Source: Thermoplasmata archaeon | GTDB lineage: Archaea; Thermoplasmatota; Thermoplasmata; RBG-16-68-12 | DNA: 48,995 nucleotides | NCBI GenBank assembly: GCA_035283405.1 | Contig: DATEUA010000073.1 | Coordinates: 1-48,995, forward strand | Direction: 5' to 3' | Part shown: in pieces, positions 44,052-48,995 of the stretch | Position numbering within the stretch: position 1 is the first letter of the stretch | Layout of the letters: each line of letters opens with the position of its first letter | Made by a program: the position numbers and the translations under genes | Notes under the pieces: generated by a model | What the model saw: the letters and a program-made list of their open reading frames with translations, nothing else | Told to the model about the DNA's origin: nothing | The model's database searches: none

Positions 44052-44459
44052 GTGACCGTCGAGAGGATTGGCGTTTCCCTGGAAGGACCGCTGTTGAAGG
44101 AGTTCGACCGACTCGTGAAGGAGGATGGTTATGCAAGCCGGTCGGAGGCTCTACGGGCTCTCGTCCGGCGCGCGCTCGCGCGCCGCCGCTTCGAGGCGGA
44201 CGGAGATGTCGTCGGGACCGTGACGATCGTGTACCGCCACGACGTCGGGATGGTCACGCACCGGGTCCTCCATCAACAGCACGATTTCCTCGGGACCATT
44301 CGAGCGACGGCGCACACGCACCTGAACGAGGAAACGTGCCTCGAGGTCCTGATTGTCGAGGGGAACGGACCAAGAATCCGGGATCTTGCAGACCGCTTGC
44401 GGAGCGTGAGAGGCGTTCTGTTCGCGGACCTCGTCGTCGCGGCGGCCGATCTCCCGTAG
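44052..44459 (+). CDS. nikR: Nickel-responsive regulator NikR (ribbon-helix-helix plus ACT-like metal-binding domain)
   Basis: RIGVSLEGPLLKEFDRLVKEDGYASRSEALRALVR (RHH). The C-terminal domain carries H..H ligands (VYRHD, HQQHD, AHTHL) and C (ETCLEV). Confidence 0.85.
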   Translation: MTVERIGVSLEGPLLKEFDRLVKEDGYASRSEALRALVRRALARRRFEADGDVVGTVTIVYRHDVGMVTHRVLHQQHDFLGTIRATAHTHLNEETCLEVLIVEGNGPRIRDLADRLRSVRGVLFADLVVAAADLP

Positions 44460-44499
44460 ACGACGACGTCAGTCTCGATTCTTGAAAAGAGGCTGAAAC

Positions 44500-44507
44500 G
44501 TTTATGT
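44500..44507 (+). promoter_or_regulatory. TATA-like box
   Basis: GTTTATGT ends 33 nt before the GTG at 44541. Confidence 0.35.
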
Positions 44508-44540
44508 GCGCGGACCTCGTCGTCCCGGGATAGAATCGTC

Positions 44541-44966
44541 GTGACGAGGCAGCCCGTGACCTACGCCGCTCCCCGTCGGACGACCTCGGGCTGGCTCGCG
44601 AACAGCGCGGCCGTCCTTCTCATCGCGGCGGGCCTCCTCACGGTCGGGATTATCCTGACGTTGCTCGCTGCGCTCTCGTTTTTCATGTCGATGATCAACT
44701 TCGGTTTGAGCGGCGGCAACTTCGGGATTCTCGGGAGCTCCCTCACGACGGTAATCGTCGTCGGGGGCATCGGGGTCGCCCTGTCCTCGGCGGGCGGATT
44801 CTTGCTCCGCTTCTGGTGGATTTTCCTGCTCGTGGACGTCGCGCGGGGCTCGATCGGCGTCGACCGCAGCGCGCCGCCCGTCGAAGTGAAGGTCCGCTGC
44901 CGCAGCTGCGGGCGAATGAATCAGCCGGACGCGACCTACTGCATCACGTGCGGCCGTGCGATTTGA
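44541..44966 (+). CDS. Hypothetical membrane protein (3 TM helices) with a C-terminal Zn ribbon
   Basis: Hydrophobic helices, then CRSCGRMNQPDATYCITCG. GTG start. Confidence 0.55.
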   Translation: MTRQPVTYAAPRRTTSGWLANSAAVLLIAAGLLTVGIILTLLAALSFFMSMINFGLSGGNFGILGSSLTTVIVVGGIGVALSSAGGFLLRFWWIFLLVDVARGSIGVDRSAPPVEVKVRCRSCGRMNQPDATYCITCGRAI

Positions 44967-45011
44967 CGCAGTTCGGAACGTATTTGAGCGGGCCATGGGC
45001 ATCCGCCGCAC

Positions 45012-45851
45012 GTGGGACTCCTGATTCGATTCGCGCGACGATGGGTCGCAGGGGTGGAGATGAGCGACGCGCTGCGCGCGGCCCGAGCGGCGAACGCGCG
45101 CGGGATTCATGCCGTGGTGAACCATCTCGGCGAGCACCATCGCGAGAAATCCGCGGTCGAGGCATCCCTCCGCGAATATCTGGCCCTCCTCGGAGCGGTG
45201 CGGGCGGAGGGCATCCGGGGATGCGTGAGCGTCAAGCCGACACAACTCGGGATCCTCGTAGACCGCGAGTACGCCCTCTCGCGCTTCCTCGTCCTACTCG
45301 ATGCGGTGAGGGCCTCCGGCCAGAGACTCTGGCTGGACATGGAGGCCGCGTCGACCACGGACGACACCCTCTGGGTCTACGAGAACCTCCTCGAGAGATA
45401 CGACAACGTGGGCGTCTGCCTCCAAGCGAATCTGCGACGAACGGACAGGGACCTTGAGCGACTCGTGGCCCTCGGCGGGAAAATCCGGCTCACGAAAGGG
45501 GCCTATCCCGAGGGCCCAGACATCGCGTACCGCCGTCGCGACGACGTGGACCGCCGGTATCTCCGGTTTCTCGAGGCCCTTTTCAGATCGAGGGCGGATT
45601 TCGCCGTCGCAACCCACGACGGCCGGATGGTCGAACGGACCCTTGCACTCGCGGAGTCCTCCGATGCAAAGTTCGAATTCCAGATGCTCATGGGTGTGCG
45701 GGACGCCTTGATGACCGAGCTCGTGCGAAAGGGATTCCGGGTGTTGGAGTACATCCCGTACGGGCCGACATGGCTGCCGTACTTCCTCCGCCGACTCCGG
45801 GAGCGCCCCCGCAATGTGGTCACGCTGATGCGATCCCTCGTCGGCGGATAA
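45012..45851 (+). CDS. Proline dehydrogenase (monofunctional PRODH family)
   Basis: ARRWVAGVEMSDALRAARAANARGIHAVVNHLGE, SVKPTQLG, IRLTKGAY, FAVATHD and EFQMLMGV. GTG start with a short N-terminus. Confidence 0.8.
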   Translation: MGLLIRFARRWVAGVEMSDALRAARAANARGIHAVVNHLGEHHREKSAVEASLREYLALLGAVRAEGIRGCVSVKPTQLGILVDREYALSRFLVLLDAVRASGQRLWLDMEAASTTDDTLWVYENLLERYDNVGVCLQANLRRTDRDLERLVALGGKIRLTKGAYPEGPDIAYRRRDDVDRRYLRFLEALFRSRADFAVATHDGRMVERTLALAESSDAKFEFQMLMGVRDALMTELVRKGFRVLEYIPYGPTWLPYFLRRLRERPRNVVTLMRSLVGG

Positions 45852-45860
45852 GCGGGAAGC

Positions 45861-45866
45861 TTTTTT
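45861..45866 (+). terminator. Oligo-T terminator after the PRODH gene
   Basis: TTTTTT lies 10 nt after the stop at 45849-45851. Confidence 0.45.
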
Positions 45867-45890
45867 CCGAGACCCCGTCTTGGACCCGTA

Positions 45891-46589
45891 GTGGATCGGC
45901 GCGCGTTCCGTCGATGCATGCACATCCTCGAGTCGCGTCACGAACCGGAAGACTGGTCCCGGGGCCTTACGCCGTTCGAAATCCTCGTGTCCACGGTCTT
46001 GTCGCAAAGCACCAACGTCGCGAACGAGCGACGGGGAATGGAGGGGCTGAGGACCGCGTTCGGTCGGATCACGCCCCAGGGGCTCGCAAGCCAGAAGACG
46101 AACGATCTTGCCCGCGCCATCTGGCACGCAGGCCTGTCGAACCGAAAAGCGTCTCGCATCCGCGCACTCGCGGGTCGCATCGCCGCGAGATCGGACGACC
46201 GCCTCCGCGATATTCTGCGACGGCCCACGAAAGAAGCGCGGGACCTCCTCCTGACGTTGCCTGGCGTCGGACTCAAGACGGCGGATGTCTTGCTCGCCAT
46301 GGCGGCGGACCGTCCCGTGTTTCCCGTGGACACCCATGTCGCCCGGATCGCGCGGCGTTGGGGCATCGTCCGCCCGGCCGACGGATATGAGGCGACCCGC
46401 GCGGGTCTCGAGAGGTGGACCCCCTTCGAGAAACGAGAGGCATGGCATCTCGGTCTGATCGCCCATGGGCGCACCCTGTGCAAGGCGGCGAACCCCGCAT
46501 GCGAACGTTGCGCCGTCTCCCGAGATTGCGACTGGTTCCAGGGCCGCGCGGCAAGGGCCGCCAAAAGGTTAAAGCGGTCGAACCGCTAG
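45891..46589 (+). CDS. nth: Endonuclease III (HhH-GPD with a 4Fe-4S loop)
   Basis: FEILVSTVLSQSTN, LPGVGLKTADVLL, PVDTHVARI and CKAANPACERCAVSRDC. Start is GTG 45891 or ATG 45918. Confidence 0.85.
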   Translation: MDRRAFRRCMHILESRHEPEDWSRGLTPFEILVSTVLSQSTNVANERRGMEGLRTAFGRITPQGLASQKTNDLARAIWHAGLSNRKASRIRALAGRIAARSDDRLRDILRRPTKEARDLLLTLPGVGLKTADVLLAMAADRPVFPVDTHVARIARRWGIVRPADGYEATRAGLERWTPFEKREAWHLGLIAHGRTLCKAANPACERCAVSRDCDWFQGRAARAAKRLKRSNR

Positions 46590-46608
46590 GACGCGAAGAG
46601 TCGATCCG

Positions 46609-47481
46609 TTGGCCCTTTCTGACTACGTTCAGCTGATGAAGCTCCGCATCGCGGCGCTCCTGCTACTGGTCGCCGCCTCCGGATACATCGTGACGAGCGG
46701 CCTTCGAATCGAGGCCGTTCCGTTCGGGCTACTCATGGGGACCGGGCTCCTCGCGGCGGGAGGCGCGAGCGCGCTGAACCACTATGTGGACCGGGATCTC
46801 GACGCGGTCATGCGACGGACGCACGGAAGGCCGCTGCCGCAACGCCGCATCGAGCCGCCGACGAGGGCCCTCGCGTTCGGTGCAACCCTGTCGGCCCTTG
46901 CCCTATCGATCTCCGCCGTTGCGATCAATCCCCTGACATCCGCGATGATCGGCCTCGGGCTCCTCGTCTACGTCGGGGTCTATACGCTCGGTTTGAAGCG
47001 GACCCACGTGAGCAACATCGTGATCGGGGGTTTCGCCGGATCGTGCCCGGCCCTCGCGGGATCCGCGGCCGCGTCGAACGCGATCGGGCTTCCGGCGGCG
47101 CTCATCGCGGCCCTGGTCTTCCTCTGGACCCCAGGCCACTTCTGGGCCCTCGCGTATCGATCTCGAGAGGACTATCGCCTCGCGGGGCTGCCGATGCTCC
47201 CCGCGGTCCGCGACGAGAGGACGACCGTCCGGGCGATCGGGGTGTCGACGTTCCTCGTCCCCGCGTCCACGTTCTCGTTCCTGATCGTCCCGTCCTTCGG
47301 ACACGTCCTTTACCTCGCCGTGGCCGTCGGGGCGGGTGCGATCCTCATCGCGCTCACCCTTCGGTTCATGCGCCATCCGAGCCCCGAGACGGCATGGGCG
47401 GGCTACCGTTTCTCGGGGACGTACCTCGCGGCGATCCTCCTCGCGCTGATCGGGACCGCGATCCTCGCGGGTCCGCTGTGA
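46609..47481 (+). CDS. ctaB: Protoheme IX farnesyltransferase (heme O synthase, UbiA family)
   Basis: DYVQLMKLRIAALLL, NHYVDRDLDAVMRRTHGRPLP and a polytopic layout. TTG start at 46609. Confidence 0.85.
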   Translation: MALSDYVQLMKLRIAALLLLVAASGYIVTSGLRIEAVPFGLLMGTGLLAAGGASALNHYVDRDLDAVMRRTHGRPLPQRRIEPPTRALAFGATLSALALSISAVAINPLTSAMIGLGLLVYVGVYTLGLKRTHVSNIVIGGFAGSCPALAGSAAASNAIGLPAALIAALVFLWTPGHFWALAYRSREDYRLAGLPMLPAVRDERTTVRAIGVSTFLVPASTFSFLIVPSFGHVLYLAVAVGAGAILIALTLRFMRHPSPETAWAGYRFSGTYLAAILLALIGTAILAGPL

Positions 47482-47520
47482 CCGCACTCGTCGCTTCGTT
47501 TCGCACGTCGGCACCTCTAC

Positions 47521-47528
47521 TTTTAATA
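47521..47528 (+). promoter_or_regulatory. TATA box upstream of citrate synthase
   Basis: TTTTAATA ends 30 nt before the ATG at 47559. Confidence 0.55.
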
Positions 47529-47558
47529 GCCCTCGGTCCTTTGAGCGAGGTTACCGAG

Positions 47559-48722
47559 ATGGACGACGCGGTGAGACCGTCGCTGGACGTCCCTCGCATC
47601 GACAAGGGCTTGGATGACATCTACGTAAAAGAGACGTCCATCTGTCTTGTCGACGGGCAGCGGGGGCGGCTCCTCTACCGCGGGTACGACATTCGCGATC
47701 TCGCGGACCGATCGACGTTCGAGGAGACTGCGTTCCTGCTCCTTCAGGGTCGCCTGCCGAGCCGCCCAGAGCTCGAACGGGTGAAGGCCGAGATCGGCAA
47801 CGCCCGGGCCCTCACCCCGGAGATCCGTCGGGTCCTCCGGGGCATGCCGAAGGACGGATCGCCAATCGACGTCCTTCGGACCGCCGTGTCGATCATGAGC
47901 GCGAACGATCCGGAAGGCAGCGCTCGCACGCGGGAGGCGAACGTCCGGAGGGCCGTGCGGCTGATCGGAGGTATCGCCGGGGTCGTCGCGTCCTACGAGC
48001 GAGTCCGGAGCGGACGAAGGGTGATCCGCCCCGACCCGGCGAAGGGGCATGCGGAGGACTTCCTTCACATGGTCACGGGGAAGCGGCCGAACCCCCGACA
48101 CCGTCGAATCATGGACGCGGCGATGGTCCTCTACGCAGACCACAGCATGAACGCGTCCACGTTTGCGGCGACGGTCGCCGCATCCACGCTCGCGGACCTG
48201 CACAGCACGATCGTCGCGGCCATCGCGACCCTGAAAGGGCCTCTCCATGGCGGCGCGATCGAGGCCGCGTTCGAGACGATTCAATCGATCGGGCGTGCGG
48301 AGGATGCGGAGGCGCGCGTGCTGAGCATCTTGCGCGACGGCGGGAAGGTGTTCGGGTTCGGGCACCGCGTCTACAAGACGTACGACCCGAGGGCCCTCAT
48401 CCTCCGGGAATACGCGAATGGGCTCGCAAGCGCCTCCACGGAGCCACACCTCTTCCAAGTCGCGGAGGCGGTCCAGGAGACGGTCGTCCGGGAGCTAAGG
48501 GCGAAACACATCTATCCGAACGTGGACTTCTATTCCGGGCTCGTCTATCACTACCTGGGTCTTCCGTCGGACCTGGGCACCGCGATCTTCGCGATGGCCC
48601 GAGCCGCGGGCTGGGCGGCCCACGTCCTCGAGTACTGGGAGGACAATCGGATCGTGAGGCCTCTGGATCACTATGTCGGGCCGACGAACGCGACATATGT
48701 CCCGCTCGACGAACGGACCTGA
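47559..48722 (+). CDS. gltA: Citrate synthase
   Basis: LLYRGYDI, LYADHSMNASTF, LKGPLHGGA, GFGHRVYKTYDPRA and NVDFYSG. Real start at ATG 47559 inside a longer track ORF. Confidence 0.9.
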   Translation: MDDAVRPSLDVPRIDKGLDDIYVKETSICLVDGQRGRLLYRGYDIRDLADRSTFEETAFLLLQGRLPSRPELERVKAEIGNARALTPEIRRVLRGMPKDGSPIDVLRTAVSIMSANDPEGSARTREANVRRAVRLIGGIAGVVASYERVRSGRRVIRPDPAKGHAEDFLHMVTGKRPNPRHRRIMDAAMVLYADHSMNASTFAATVAASTLADLHSTIVAAIATLKGPLHGGAIEAAFETIQSIGRAEDAEARVLSILRDGGKVFGFGHRVYKTYDPRALILREYANGLASASTEPHLFQVAEAVQETVVRELRAKHIYPNVDFYSGLVYHYLGLPSDLGTAIFAMARAAGWAAHVLEYWEDNRIVRPLDHYVGPTNATYVPLDERT

Positions 48723-48776
48723 CGCAGGCCCGCCAATCTTAAGCGGGACCTCACCGATGCGGAGGCGAACCTCCCG

Positions 48777-48995
48777 TGCCCACCGAACGCGTCCGGCTCG
48801 TCCCGCCACCGGAAGGCCATCGAATCCACATCACGGAGAGGGGATTGAAGGTCCCGGACGACCCGATCATTCCGATCATCGAAGGAGATGGGATCGGCCC
48901 GGAGGTCACCCGCGCGGCCCGCCTCACGATTGACGCGGCCGTCCGGTCCACGTACCATGGCCGACGCCGAATCGCTTGGTTCGAGGTCCCGGCGG
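48777..48995 (+). CDS. icd: Isocitrate dehydrogenase (NADP), N-terminal fragment running off the window
   Basis: Manual translation from GTG 48777 gives MPTERVRLVPPPEGHRIHITERGLKVPDDPIIPIIEGDGIGPEVTRAARLTIDAAV... This parallels E. coli Icd (VPENPIIPYIEGDGIG). GGAGG lies 10 nt upstream. Confidence 0.8.

Noticed and set aside
43930-44136. Longer version of the Ni-transporter ORF, starting at 44136
   Set aside because: It would overlap the nikR start and add a non-hydrophobic, R/S-rich N-terminus. GTG 43929 has a GGAGG 7 nt upstream and begins right at the first TM helix.
44967-45100. Possible 5'-truncated or pseudogenised proline dehydrogenase
   Set aside because: The N-terminus is short (GTG start, in-frame stop 27 nt upstream). 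But the frame is intact through all the conserved PRODH blocks, and I saw no frameshifted upstream homology.
1-48995. CRISPR arrays, transposases/integrases, prophage or defence-island signatures, rRNA genes
   Set aside because: None seen. There are no regularly spaced repeats, no recombinase-like ORFs, and no terminal inverted repeats flanking the Ni island. I could not test compositional deviation of the island without computation.

Overview
This is a compact, high-GC window (roughly two-thirds G+C by eye) with about 90% coding. I call 56 protein genes, two of them cut by the window edges, and one tRNA. The host is clearly archaeal: RadA, diphthine synthase, SRP19, Trm5, TrmY, pyruvoyl arginine decarboxylase, Ogg2-type glycosylase and an archaeal-type NaPRT with a Zn ribbon are all present. 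Heme O synthase, citrate synthase, isocitrate dehydrogenase, proline dehydrogenase, acyl-CoA dehydrogenase and a thiolase suggest an aerobic heterotroph. I saw no rRNA, CRISPR array, transposase or integrase.

Gene organisation is very tight:
- Several same-strand gene pairs overlap by the 4-nt ATGA start/stop motif.
- Seven convergent gene pairs overlap at their 3' ends.
- Many genes sit 25-35 nt downstream of a TATA-like box, which suggests leaderless mRNAs, several with GTG or TTG starts.

The most notable content:
1. A nickel superoxide dismutase module (sodN with its Ni-hook, plus the SodX maturation protease) lies close to a NicO/NiCoT-type Ni transporter that is divergently paired with NikR. 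This is unexpected for an archaeon.
2. An 1802-aa Lhr helicase whose C-terminal ~940 residues contain an internally duplicated AlkZ/YcaQ-like winged-helix module.
3. A tight cluster of MutY, a MutT-like NUDIX and Ogg, the 8-oxoguanine (GO) repair genes.
4. A PrsW-like intramembrane protease divergently paired with a protein made of three Zn ribbons, about six TM helices and TPR repeats.
5. A short ORF carrying Erv1/ALR-like sulfhydryl-oxidase motifs.

All functional calls come from motifs and remembered family sequences. No database search was possible, so start codons and family assignments need HMM or BLAST confirmation.
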